Origin: Chloroflexota bacterium
GTDB taxonomy: Bacteria; Chloroflexota; Dehalococcoidia; Lucifugimonadales; Australimonadaceae
NCBI GenBank assembly: GCA_028874795.1
Contig: JAPPHT010000056.1
Span: 75,560-139,559, forward strand
Length of the DNA stretch: 64,000 nucleotides
Reading direction: 5' to 3'
The position numbers were made by a program, and so were the translations under genes. The notes below the pieces were generated by a model, which saw only the letters and a list, made by a program, of their open reading frames with translations, ran no database searches and was not told the origin of the DNA. Below, one piece after another: positions 48,683-58,256 of the stretch. How positions within the stretch are numbered: position 1 is the stretch's first letter; every line of letters begins with the position of its first letter.

Positions 48683-49867
48683 ATGCTCGCACGAAGAGCA
48701 TTCTTCGCCGCCGTAGGCAGCATCAAGCTCGGTTCCCTGCGCGTCGACACGCCCAACCACAGGTCCTACTCCTTCGAGACGACCACTCCCGGCCCCCAGG
48801 GCGTGCTCCGCATACACGACGAATCGTTCTACCGGCGCGTGATCACCGGCGGAGAGATAGGCTTCGGCGAGGCGTATCAGGACGGCCTCTGCGACTCGCC
48901 TGACCTCGTGCAACTGCTCATGCTCGCGGTCCTCAACCGCCAGGCGGTCAACCTGAACCGCGGGCCTATGCGCCTGCTCTCCAAGCGCGCCAACCTCCGC
49001 CTGCACCGCTCGCGGGCCAACACCAGGGACCAGAGCAAGGACAACATCCACGCCCACTACGACCTGGGCAACTCCTTCTTCGAACTCTTCCTGGACGAGA
49101 CGCTCACCTACTCCAGCGCCGTCTTCGCCTTCGACGGCCAGCTGCTGAGGGACGCGCAGGCCAACAAGTACCAGCGCATGTGTGAGTTCGCGGGCATCAC
49201 TGCCGGAAGCCGGGTGCTGGAGATCGGCAGCGGATGGGGCGGCTTCGCCATCCACGCGGCCCGTGAGTTCGGCTGCCACGTCACCACCGTGACCATCTCC
49301 CAGGAGCAGTTCGACCTCGCCACGCAGCGCATCCGGGAGGCGGGCCTGAGCGATCGCATCGACGTCCGCCTCATGGACTACCGCGACGTCGCCGGCTCGT
49401 TCGACAGCATCGTGTCCATCGAGATGTTCGAGGCCGTCGGTGCAGAGTTCTTCGAGACGTTCTTCCTCAAGTGCGCCTCGCTGCTGAAGCCCGGCGGCAG
49501 GCTGGCGATGCAGGTGATCACCGTGCCGGACCGCAACTTCGCGGCCCAGAAGAGCGGCGTGAACTGGATACAGAAGTACATCTTCCCCGGCGGCGTTCTA
49601 CCCTCCCTCTCCGCGATGGAGCAGGCGAACGCCCGAACGGGCCTCGTCGTCGCGAGCCTCGACCACATCGGCCAGCACTACGCCGTGACGCTGCGGCAGT
49701 GGCGCAGGACGTTCTGGGACCGCATCGAGGACGTGCGCGCCCTCGGTTACGACGAGCGCTTCGTCAGGACGTGGGACTACTACCTCGCCGCCTGCGAGGC
49801 CGGCTTCCTCACCAACAACACCGACGACCTGCAGATCGTCTTCGAGAAGCCCGCCAGCCACGCGTGA
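48683..49867 (+). CDS. cfa: Cyclopropane-fatty-acyl-phospholipid synthase family methyltransferase (start uncertain)
   Basis: NIHAHYDLGN, TYSSA, LEIGSGWG, SIEMFEAVG, IQKYIFPGG. Confidence 0.92.
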   Translation: MLARRAFFAAVGSIKLGSLRVDTPNHRSYSFETTTPGPQGVLRIHDESFYRRVITGGEIGFGEAYQDGLCDSPDLVQLLMLAVLNRQAVNLNRGPMRLLSKRANLRLHRSRANTRDQSKDNIHAHYDLGNSFFELFLDETLTYSSAVFAFDGQLLRDAQANKYQRMCEFAGITAGSRVLEIGSGWGGFAIHAAREFGCHVTTVTISQEQFDLATQRIREAGLSDRIDVRLMDYRDVAGSFDSIVSIEMFEAVGAEFFETFFLKCASLLKPGGRLAMQVITVPDRNFAAQKSGVNWIQKYIFPGGVLPSLSAMEQANARTGLVVASLDHIGQHYAVTLRQWRRTFWDRIEDVRALGYDERFVRTWDYYLAACEAGFLTNNTDDLQIVFEKPASHA

Positions 49868-50041
49868 CTTACGTCCGTCCCGCGCGAGCGGAGATGCAGA
49901 GCAACCGCCAGGTCGGGCGAGGCGGCAGAACCCTTCCCGCGATCTGGTGACACGCGCCCCTTGCGCCGTCGTGCGCAGCCCGCAGACCATCCTGACAGGA
50001 GCAACGCGCACCCCTGCACTCGTAGGCAGGACGGCCAAGCG

Positions 50042-50088
50042 ATACAATATCTAGTGGGGAATCTGTGGAAATCCACTAGATATGGGTT
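50042..50088 (+). promoter_or_regulatory. Tandem NrdR boxes
   Basis: ATACAATATCTAGTGG (50042-50057) and CCACTAGATATGGGTT (50073-50088), 31 nt apart, abutting TTGACG-18-CATACT. Confidence 0.85.
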
Positions 50089-50182
50089 GACGGACGCTAT
50101 ACCTCGGGTTCATACTTGCCGTCCGTCGCACTGAATCAGGGCAATCAGATGCCCCTTGGGAAGGGGCGTCCGGAGGCTTGAA

Positions 50183-52582
50183 ATGACTTATGTCGTCAAT
50201 CTCGATCAGGCTCGCGCTGGGACGCCGGAGCAGGCCCCGCCGGACTCTGCAACGTCCACGACCATGCACGTCCGCAAGCGGAACGGAGGGCTCGAACCCG
50301 CCGACGTGATGAAGATCGTTCGCGCCGTCGAGCGCTCCTCCGGGGCACTGGAGAGCGTCGACCCGCTCCGCGTCGCCACCCGCACTATCAGCGGACTGTA
50401 CGACGGCGCAACCACCCGGGAGCTGGACGAACTCTCCATCCGCACCGCCGCGTCGCTCATCGCCGAGGAGCCGGAGTACTCCAAGCTCGCCGCCCGTCTG
50501 CTTGCCGTCTACATCGACAAGGAGGTCCGCAACCAGGACATCCACTCGTTCTCGCAGTCCGTGAAGGCGGGGCACGCTCTCGGATTGATCAACGACGACG
50601 TCGCCGCCTTCGTCACCGCCAACGCGCGCAAGCTGGACGATGCCATCAGGTCCGAGCGCGACCAGCTCTTCGAGTACTTCGGCATCCGCACCCTGTACGA
50701 CCGCTACCTCCTGAAGCACCCGTCCGGCAGGGACAGCATCGAGACGCCGCAGCACTTCTTCCTCCGCATCGCCTGCGGGCTCGCAGAGAGCCCCGCCGAC
50801 GCCATCGACTTCTACGAGCTGATCTCCAGCCTCGACTACATGCCGAGCTCCCCCACCCTCTTCAACTCCGGCACCCGCCACTCGCAGATGTCGTCCTGCT
50901 ACCTGCTCGACTCGCCCCAGGATGATCTGGAGGCCATCTACAACCGCTACACGGACATCGCCAAGCTCTCCAAGTTCGCGGGAGGAATCGGCGTCTCCTT
51001 CTCGCGCGTGCGCTCGCAGGGCTCGCTCATCGCGGGGACCAACGGCACGTCCAACGGCATCGTGCCCTGGCTCAAGACGCTCGACTCGTCCGTCGCCGCC
51101 GTCAATCAGGGCGGCAAGCGCAAGGGCGCCGCGTGCGTCTACGTGGAGAGCTGGCACGCCGACATCGAGGACTTCCTCGAGCTCAAGAACAACACCGGCG
51201 ACGAGTCCCGGCGCGCGCACAACCTCAACCTCGCCAACTGGGTGCCGGACCTCTTCATGCAGCGCGTCGAGGAGGACGGCGTCTGGTCGCTCTTCGACCC
51301 GAAGGAGCTGCCCGAGCTCGTCGACACCTACGGCGAGGAGTTCGAGCGCATCTACACGCAGGCCGAGGCCGAGGGCCGCTTCGAGCGACAGTTGCCCGCC
51401 CGCGAACTGTACGGCCGCATGATGCGCACGCTCGCCCAGACCGGCAACGGCTGGATGACCTTCAAGGACACCGCCAACCGCAAGTCCAACCAGACCCTGC
51501 TGCCGGAGAACGTCATCCACCTCTCCAACCTCTGCACAGAGATCCTGGAGGTCACCAACAAGGACGAGACCGCCGTCTGCAACCTCGGCTCGCTCAACCT
51601 CGGCCACTTCGTCACGGAGGACCGCGCGTTCGACTACGATCGCCTGCACCGCGCCGTGAAGACCGCCGTCCGCTACCTGGACCGCGTCGTGGACATCAAC
51701 TATTACCCCACCGGCGCCGCGGCCTACTCCAACAGCAAGTGGCGGCCCGTCGGCCTCGGCGTCATGGGCCTGCAGGACGTCTTCTTCAAGATGCGCATGC
51801 CGTTCGACAGCCAGGAGGCCATCGACCTCGGCGCGCGTATCCAGGAGGAGGTCTACTACGGCGCGCTCGACACCTCCTGCGCGCTTGCGGAGGAGCGCGG
51901 GGCCCACGAGACGTTCAAGGACACGCGCGCTGCGAGCGGCGACCTGCAGTTCGACTTCTGGGGCGTCACCCCCAGCAGGCCGGACTGGCCGGAGCTGCGC
52001 GAGCGCATCAAGCGCTTCGGCCTGCGCAACTCCCTGCTCATCGCCATCGCGCCCACCGCCACCATCGCGTCCATCTGCGGCGCCTACGAGTGCATCGAGC
52101 CACAGGTCTCCAACCTCTTCAAGCGCGAGACGCTCTCCGGCGAGTTCCTCCAGATCAACCACTACCTCGTGAGTGACCTCAAGGAGCGCGGGCTCTGGAC
52201 GGAGGCCATCCGCAACCGCATCAAGCTCAGCGACGGCTCCGTGCAGTACGTCGACGACATCCCGGACGACCTGAAGCGGCTCTACCAGACCGCCTGGGAA
52301 CTGCCGCAGAAGGCGCTGATAGACATGGCCGCCGCCCGCGGCCCCTACATCGACCAGAGCCAGTCCCTCAACCTCTTCATGGCCGCGCCCACCATCGGCA
52401 AGCTCTCCTCCATGTACCTCTACGCCTGGAAGACCGGCCTGAAGACCACCTACTACCTCCGCTCCCGCCCGGCAACGCGCATCACCCAGACCACCATCGC
52501 CGTCGCCGAGAAGGAGACCACGGACCAGGACGCCATCGCCTGCTCCCTGGAGAACCCGGAGACCTGCGAAGCCTGTCAATAG
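50183..52582 (+). CDS. nrdA: Class I ribonucleotide reductase alpha subunit with ATP-cone
   Basis: VRKRNG, SPTLFNSG, SSC, SNLCTEI, VCNLGS, APTAT, KTTYYLR, C-terminal CEAC. Confidence 0.96.
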   Translation: MTYVVNLDQARAGTPEQAPPDSATSTTMHVRKRNGGLEPADVMKIVRAVERSSGALESVDPLRVATRTISGLYDGATTRELDELSIRTAASLIAEEPEYSKLAARLLAVYIDKEVRNQDIHSFSQSVKAGHALGLINDDVAAFVTANARKLDDAIRSERDQLFEYFGIRTLYDRYLLKHPSGRDSIETPQHFFLRIACGLAESPADAIDFYELISSLDYMPSSPTLFNSGTRHSQMSSCYLLDSPQDDLEAIYNRYTDIAKLSKFAGGIGVSFSRVRSQGSLIAGTNGTSNGIVPWLKTLDSSVAAVNQGGKRKGAACVYVESWHADIEDFLELKNNTGDESRRAHNLNLANWVPDLFMQRVEEDGVWSLFDPKELPELVDTYGEEFERIYTQAEAEGRFERQLPARELYGRMMRTLAQTGNGWMTFKDTANRKSNQTLLPENVIHLSNLCTEILEVTNKDETAVCNLGSLNLGHFVTEDRAFDYDRLHRAVKTAVRYLDRVVDINYYPTGAAAYSNSKWRPVGLGVMGLQDVFFKMRMPFDSQEAIDLGARIQEEVYYGALDTSCALAEERGAHETFKDTRAASGDLQFDFWGVTPSRPDWPELRERIKRFGLRNSLLIAIAPTATIASICGAYECIEPQVSNLFKRETLSGEFLQINHYLVSDLKERGLWTEAIRNRIKLSDGSVQYVDDIPDDLKRLYQTAWELPQKALIDMAAARGPYIDQSQSLNLFMAAPTIGKLSSMYLYAWKTGLKTTYYLRSRPATRITQTTIAVAEKETTDQDAIACSLENPETCEACQ

Positions 52583-52730
52583 GCAGGCCCCCACGGACGA
52601 GCCCGCCCTGCGGCCAGCGGCGCGGGCTCTTTCGCGACGATACGTCAGCACTCTGCGGGGGTGTACCGCACCCCTGCGGGGAGCGGTACGTGAAGATGCG
52701 GTATACGCGAACAGAACACGGAGACATGCG

Positions 52731-53729
52731 ATGATCCTCGAACCAGGACTCAACCTCACCCTCCGGCCCATGCGCTACCCGGACTTCTACGAGATGTACA
52801 AGAACGGGATACGCAATACGTGGACCGTTGACGAGGTTGACTGGTCGGACGACATCAAGGACCTGAGTGGAAAGCTCTCCCCACCGGAGCAGCACCTGAT
52901 CCAGCGGCTCGTGGCCTTCTTTGCCACGGGCGACTCTATCGTCGCGAACAACCTCGTCCTGAACCTCTACAAGCACATCAACGCGCCGGAGGCCCGGCTT
53001 TACCTCTCGCGGCAGCTCTTCGAGGAGGCGCTCCACGTCCAGTTCTACCTCACGCTCCTCGACACCTACATCCCGGACGTCGACGAGCGGCACGAGATGT
53101 TCCGCGCCATCGAGACCATCCCCTCCATCAAGCAGAAGGCCGACTTCTGCTTCAGGTGGATCGACTCTATCCACGACCTCGACACGCTCGACACGGACGA
53201 GCAGAAACGCCAGTTCATCCTCAACCTCATCTGCTTCGCCACCTGCATCGAGGGGCTCTTCTTCTACGCGGCGTTCGCCTACGTCTACTTCATGCGCTCC
53301 AAGGGCCTGCTGAACGGCCTCGCGTCCGGCACCAACTGGGTCTTCCGCGACGAGTCCGCCCACATGGAGTTCGGGCTGCAGGTCGTCCGCACGGCGCGCG
53401 AGGAGTACCCGCACCTGTTCGACGAGCGCATGGAGGAGCAGGTGACGCAGATGGTCCAGGAGGCCGTCGACTGCGAGACGCAGTTCGCCGAGGACCTGCT
53501 GGAAGGAGGAGTCGCCGGACTTACCGTCATCGAGGTGCGCCAATACCTCGAATACGTCGCCGACCAGCGGCTCACCAACCTCGGTCTGCCGACCTACTTC
53601 GGCACGCGCAACCCGCTTACTTTCATGGAGCTGCAGGACGTTCAGGAGCTCTCCAACTTCTTCGAGCGCCGCGTCTCCGCCTACCAGGTCGCCGTCACCG
53701 GCCAGGTCGCCTTCGACGAGAAGTTTTAG
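52731..53729 (+). CDS. nrdB: Class I ribonucleotide reductase beta subunit
   Basis: FFATGD, EEALHVQFY, IEG.FFY, RDESAH, NFFERRVSAY. Confidence 0.96.
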   Translation: MILEPGLNLTLRPMRYPDFYEMYKNGIRNTWTVDEVDWSDDIKDLSGKLSPPEQHLIQRLVAFFATGDSIVANNLVLNLYKHINAPEARLYLSRQLFEEALHVQFYLTLLDTYIPDVDERHEMFRAIETIPSIKQKADFCFRWIDSIHDLDTLDTDEQKRQFILNLICFATCIEGLFFYAAFAYVYFMRSKGLLNGLASGTNWVFRDESAHMEFGLQVVRTAREEYPHLFDERMEEQVTQMVQEAVDCETQFAEDLLEGGVAGLTVIEVRQYLEYVADQRLTNLGLPTYFGTRNPLTFMELQDVQELSNFFERRVSAYQVAVTGQVAFDEKF

Positions 53730-53857
53730 GCCTGGGCCACCCGGAACCGACCTGTCTCATCCGGCCTGACGAAGTCCCAGCTTCGTTAGTCAAACTGCAC
53801 CACACAGCTCCTGCATTACCAGGCACAACTGGAGTATGGTGAGACCGAGGCCTGACG

Positions 53858-54112
53858 ATGGCGACTTACGAAGTATCACTCAGGGACGTGGCCAACCGTG
53901 TCAACGAGCTACGCGCTCATGTTGACGATCGCATCGACGGGCTGGCCTCCCAATTGGTCGACCTCCGGAGCGAGGTGGCCGACCTCAGAAGCGACGTAGC
54001 CGGCCTGCGCGGCGAGTGGCGGCTGGCCAAGTGGGTACTCGCGGTCTTCGGCGCCCCCGTATGGGCGGCCGTCATCTACGTCATCATCCGGGACATCAGC
54101 GCCTCAGCTTGA
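53858..54112 (+). CDS. Small heptad coiled-coil/C-terminal TM protein
   Basis: DLRSEVA/DLRSDVA heptads then a hydrophobic helix. Confidence 0.7.
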   Translation: MATYEVSLRDVANRVNELRAHVDDRIDGLASQLVDLRSEVADLRSDVAGLRGEWRLAKWVLAVFGAPVWAAVIYVIIRDISASA

Positions 54113-54129
54113 GTCCCGAGCCCTACCCC

Positions 54130-55488
54130 TCACTCCAGGTCCACGAGTCCATCTGCGTCACCGACGCCGGTCTCGACAGCCGCCTTGCCGACGGCGTACG
54201 CCACTCTGCGGTGCACCTCCGGGTCGAGCGGCGTGGGGCTCAGGTCGCCGTGAGGCGTCGCTTCCATCAGCGCCTCGCCTGCCGCGATGAGCATCGCGCG
54301 GTTGATCTCGCCGGCCTGCGTACTCAGCGCCCCGCGCCAGATGCCCGGATACCCCAGCAGGTTGTTCACCGTGGTCCCATCGGCAGCGAGCGACGCTCCT
54401 GCTTCGATCGCCAGCGCGGGCCGTATCTCCGGGTCCGGGTTGGAGAGCGCGAACACGATCTGCCCGCTACGCACGGCCTCCGGCGCGATGAGGCCCGGCA
54501 CACCGGTCGTCGACACAACCACGTCTGCAGTCGCCATGATCTCCTCCAGCGACGAGACCTGCCCGCCCTGCCGTTCGTGGCGGCTGATGGCGTCCTCGTT
54601 CACGTCGGCGCCCAGCACCGGCCTGCCGGTGGCGTACATCAGCAGCGATGCCACGGCGTTGCCCGCAGCGCCCAGCCCCACCTGTCCTATCGTCACGTCG
54701 GAGAGCCGCCTGCCTGTGGTGCGCATGGCGCTCATCAGCGCGCCGAGCACGACCGCGGCGGTGCCGTCCTGGTCGTCCTGCATCACGGGGATGCTGAGTC
54801 GCTCCCGCAGCCCCGCCACGATGTCGAAGCACGCGGGCGCTGCGACGTCCTCCACGTGGATGCCGCTGTACGTCGGCGCGACACGCACCACGGCCTCAAC
54901 GAACTCGCCGGGGTCCGATGCCTCGATCAGGAGCGGCGCGCCGTTCACACCCGCGAACTGCTGGAGCAGCGCGGCCTTGCCCTCCATCACCGGCATCGCG
55001 GGCGCGAGCCCGATACGCCCCAGGCCCAGCACCGCGGTGCCGTCCGTCACGATGGCCACCGTGCTGCCGATGGACGTGAAGCGCCGCGCCAGCTTCGGCT
55101 GTGCGTGGATGGCGCGGCATATCTCCGCCACGCCGGGCGTGTACACCTTCCGCAGCATGGCGATGTCCGAGACGGGCTGGCGGCTCACGATCGCGATCTT
55201 GCCGCCCTGGTGCAGGTCCATCACCTCGTCGCGCGTCTCCGTAACGCGCACGCCCTTCACCTGCCCCACTGCGCGCAGCACCTCCAGCAGGTGCGTCTCA
55301 TCCTCCACGTGCACGTCGATGTCGCGGAGCACGTAGCTCTGGCTCAGGTGCACGGTCTGGATATTGCCGATGTTGGCGCCTGCGCCGCCGATGGCCGACG
55401 CAAGCGCGCCCAGCACGCCGGGGATGTTCTCGTTGCGCACCTGCACGGTGCGGATCAGGCCGTAGTTCGTCGTGTTCGTCGTGACCAA
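54130..55488 (-). CDS. NAD(P)-dependent malic enzyme with N-terminal ACT domain
   Basis: VYTPGVA, VTDGTAVLGLG, PVMEGK, DDQDGT, GLGAAG, FALSNPDPEI; TTG start after GGAGG. Confidence 0.92.
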   Translation of the reverse strand: MVTTNTTNYGLIRTVQVRNENIPGVLGALASAIGGAGANIGNIQTVHLSQSYVLRDIDVHVEDETHLLEVLRAVGQVKGVRVTETRDEVMDLHQGGKIAIVSRQPVSDIAMLRKVYTPGVAEICRAIHAQPKLARRFTSIGSTVAIVTDGTAVLGLGRIGLAPAMPVMEGKAALLQQFAGVNGAPLLIEASDPGEFVEAVVRVAPTYSGIHVEDVAAPACFDIVAGLRERLSIPVMQDDQDGTAAVVLGALMSAMRTTGRRLSDVTIGQVGLGAAGNAVASLLMYATGRPVLGADVNEDAISRHERQGGQVSSLEEIMATADVVVSTTGVPGLIAPEAVRSGQIVFALSNPDPEIRPALAIEAGASLAADGTTVNNLLGYPGIWRGALSTQAGEINRAMLIAAGEALMEATPHGDLSPTPLDPEVHRRVAYAVGKAAVETGVGDADGLVDLE

Positions 55489-55579
55489 GGCTTGGCCTCC
55501 TGCTGTACCAAGGGGAGAGGGCCAGTATCGCACTGACGCGCTAGAATCGCCCCCACCTACGGATGCAGGGAGTCGCGCG

Positions 55580-56452
55580 ATGCCGAACGTTACAGTGGAC
55601 GGAGCCGCCATCGAGTACGCAGAGAGTGGGAGTGGCCTGCCGCTGGTCTTCTGCCACGAGTTTGCGGGAAGCAGAGAGAGTTGGGACCAGCAGGTGAACT
55701 ACTTCTCCCGCCGCTACCGCACCGTGACCTACAACGCGAAGGGCTACCCGCCCTCCGAGGTCCCGCCGGACTGGGAGGACTACACGTGGGACCACCAGGT
55801 GGCGGTGTTGCTGGGGTTGCTGGACGCGCTGGGCATCGAGCGTGCGCACGTCTGCGGGCTCTCCATGGGAGCGTACACGGCGGTGCAGTTCATGCTCGCT
55901 CACCCGGAGCGCTGCCTGGGCGTCGTCGCGGCGGGCGTCGGCACCGGCAGCGACGACCCCGCGTCGTTCCTGACCGAGTCGGAAGAGCGCGCGGGGTTGC
56001 TGGAGGCCAACGGAATGGCGGGGATGGAGGCATACCTCTCCGGCTCGACGCGCATCCGCTTCAGGGAGAAGGACCCCGCAGGCTGGGAGCGGTTCGCCGC
56101 GCTCTTCCGCGCCCACTCGGCGACGGGCTCCGCCAACACGCTGCGCGGCTTCCAGGGCAGGCGTCCGAGCCTCTACACGCGCGAAGCCGACCTGGCGCAG
56201 GTGGACGTGCCGTTCCTCATCGTCTGCGGCGATGAGGACGACCCATGCGTCGGGCCGTCGCTCTTCCTGCGGCGCACCGTGCCGAACTCCGGGCTCGCGA
56301 TGCTGCCGCACACCGGCCACGCATGCAACCTGGAGGAGCCGGCCGCGTTCAACGCGCTCGTGGCCGAATTCCTCGCGCAGGCCGAGGCCGGGAAGTGGGG
56401 GCCGCGTCCCGAGGACAGCGGGGACAACTGGGCAGCGTCGCCGGCGCGTTAG
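55580..56452 (+). CDS. Alpha/beta hydrolase
   Basis: HEFAG, GLSMG nucleophile elbow, GDED, GH..NLEEP. Confidence 0.9.
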   Translation: MPNVTVDGAAIEYAESGSGLPLVFCHEFAGSRESWDQQVNYFSRRYRTVTYNAKGYPPSEVPPDWEDYTWDHQVAVLLGLLDALGIERAHVCGLSMGAYTAVQFMLAHPERCLGVVAAGVGTGSDDPASFLTESEERAGLLEANGMAGMEAYLSGSTRIRFREKDPAGWERFAALFRAHSATGSANTLRGFQGRRPSLYTREADLAQVDVPFLIVCGDEDDPCVGPSLFLRRTVPNSGLAMLPHTGHACNLEEPAAFNALVAEFLAQAEAGKWGPRPEDSGDNWAASPAR

Positions 56453-56465
56453 TGAGTCACGCGCG

Positions 56466-56861
56466 CTAGTCGAGGACGGCGAACGCCTCGATCTCGATGA
56501 GGTACTCGGGCTGCGCCAGTGCCCGTACGATGACCATCGAGCTCGCAGGCGGCGGAACGTCGCCCCAGCACTCGTTCTGTGCGGCGCGCGCCGCCGGAAG
56601 GTACGCCTCCGAGGTGATGAAGATGGTGACCTTCACGATGTTCTCGAACGTCCCGCCGACCGACTCGATCGCGGTGCGCAGGTTCGCGTAGACCTGTCGC
56701 GCCTGCGCGGGCGCGCTGTCCAGGCCGATAACGGCGCCGTCCGGCCCGCGGGAGGTCTGCCCCGATATCCAGGCGAGGTTGCCCCACCGCACGACGTGGG
56801 AGTAGCGGTCCCCAGGCGGCGGCGCAAGCCCCTCCGGGTTCGTTCGTTGGATGTCAGGCAT
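56466..56861 (-). CDS. RidA/YjgF family protein
   Basis: YSHVV..ISGQ..NIVKVTIF..PASSMV..IEIEAFA. Confidence 0.9.
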   Translation of the reverse strand: MPDIQRTNPEGLAPPPGDRYSHVVRWGNLAWISGQTSRGPDGAVIGLDSAPAQARQVYANLRTAIESVGGTFENIVKVTIFITSEAYLPAARAAQNECWGDVPPPASSMVIVRALAQPEYLIEIEAFAVLD

Positions 56862-57573
56862 CGCTGTTCCTCCAGGTTTGATTCGAGGGAGGGTAGTACG
56901 GCTTCCCCCAGTCGAGGTCCGGGTTGTCCAGCACCCGGTCAGCCAGCAGCGGGACCAGGAAGGCCGCGAACCGCCTGCCCATCGCGACCTCCGCCCTGTT
57001 GATCGAACTCCCCCAGGTCGCTCCTCCGTGCAGGAGTTGGTTGCGCAGGACGTACAGGCGGTCGAAGACAAGACACAGCACTTCCTTCGTGTTCTTCCAC
57101 TGCAGGGCGTTGTCCAGCCGCTGAGCGTCCTCGCGCAGCGCACGCTGCCACCCGGCGCTGTGCCAATAGGGCGCGAGGACGTATCTGTCGTTGACCAACG
57201 CGCGTATCTCTCCCTCTCCCAGCGCCTCGTCAAGTTCACGGTAAAGCACGAGCGGGCCTGTATCCGCGATCTTTTCGATGCACCGGCGATAGGTCGCCCG
57301 CTCGGTCTCTTCGAGTTTGATCAGTCCTGTGTCGTCGCCGTACAGAGCATTGAAGGCGACCCAATAGCACATGAAGGCCGTGTCGTCATCGCGGCCCTCA
57401 TGCACCGCACTCGTGATCCAACTGGTAACGCGGCGCATGCGCAGCATCACGGGGTCGTCGCGGTGGCGGGGGTCGCGTTCCGCAGCTAGTGCATCGAACT
57501 TCTCACGCAGCACGTAGGCACGCTGCGCTTCTGCCATCTGCTTCCAGTCCACCACGACGTGCGGGCCGTTCAC
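56854..57573 (-). CDS. HEPN-domain protein (Apea-like)
   Basis: F.CYWVAFNALY and LYVLRNQLLHGGATW (R-x4-H). Confidence 0.8.
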   Translation of the reverse strand: MNGPHVVVDWKQMAEAQRAYVLREKFDALAAERDPRHRDDPVMLRMRRVTSWITSAVHEGRDDDTAFMCYWVAFNALYGDDTGLIKLEETERATYRRCIEKIADTGPLVLYRELDEALGEGEIRALVNDRYVLAPYWHSAGWQRALREDAQRLDNALQWKNTKEVLCLVFDRLYVLRNQLLHGGATWGSSINRAEVAMGRRFAAFLVPLLADRVLDNPDLDWGKPYYPPSNQTWRNSDA

Positions 57574-58256
57574 GCCTTGTAGTAGACCGGCACCGCGGCG
57601 CCGGAGACTGCCCGCGCCTCCTCGGAAGCCAGGAAGAGCAGCACGTTCGCCAGGTCGTCGGGCTGCACCCAGCGCTCCGCCTTCGCGTCCGGCATCGCCT
57701 CGCGGTTCGCGGGCGTGTCGATGATGCTCGGCAGCACCGCGTTCACGGTGATGTCGTGCGCCTTCACCTCGGCCGCCACCGACTGCGTCAGCAGGATGAC
57801 GCCGCCCTTGCTCACCGAGTAGTGGGCGACCATCGGGTCGCCGCGAAGGCCGCTGCGCGCCGCTATGCTCACGATGCGCCCGTAGTCCTGCGCCTTCATG
57901 TACGGCAGCACGTTCTTGATGGTGAGGAACGTCGACTTCAGGTTCAGCTGCAGCAAGCTGTCCCAGTCCGACTCCTCCATCTCTTCGACCGAAGGGCCGA
58001 ACCGGAACCCGCCCGCGATGTTTACGAGCGCGTGCGGCCCGCCGAACTCCGAAGCGACACGCTCGAACAAGCCGCGTACTGAAGCCTCGTCGAGCACGTT
58101 TGTCTCGTGGTAGACGACCGCGCCCGCCTCGTCCGGCGGCGGCGCCATGTCGGCGACGACAACCCGCGCGCCGGCTTCCACGAACCTGCGCGACGCCACG
58201 CGCCCCACCGCACCGCTGCCGCCTGTGACAACCACCGTCTTCCCTGTGAAGCTCAT
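57570..58256 (-). CDS. SDR family oxidoreductase
   Basis: VTGGSGAVG, NIAGG, YSVSK, PSIIDTPANR. Confidence 0.9.
   Translation of the reverse strand: MSFTGKTVVVTGGSGAVGRVASRRFVEAGARVVVADMAPPPDEAGAVVYHETNVLDEASVRGLFERVASEFGGPHALVNIAGGFRFGPSVEEMEESDWDSLLQLNLKSTFLTIKNVLPYMKAQDYGRIVSIAARSGLRGDPMVAHYSVSKGGVILLTQSVAAEVKAHDITVNAVLPSIIDTPANREAMPDAKAERWVQPDDLANVLLFLASEEARAVSGAAVPVYYKA

Noticed and set aside
50100-50182. Cobalamin riboswitch ahead of nrdA
   Set aside because: Leader is short with one GC hairpin and no B12 box; NrdR boxes explain the regulation
50051-52771. Long antisense and alternate-frame ORFs (e.g. 50051..52771 -, 12980..15025 +, 19308..21431 -, 101..1084 +)
   Set aside because: High-GC shadow frames of recognisable genes with no motifs of their own
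52731-53729. Class Ic or otherwise atypical R2 subunit
   Set aside because: Retains the first-ligand Asp and the radical Tyr (EALHVQFY)
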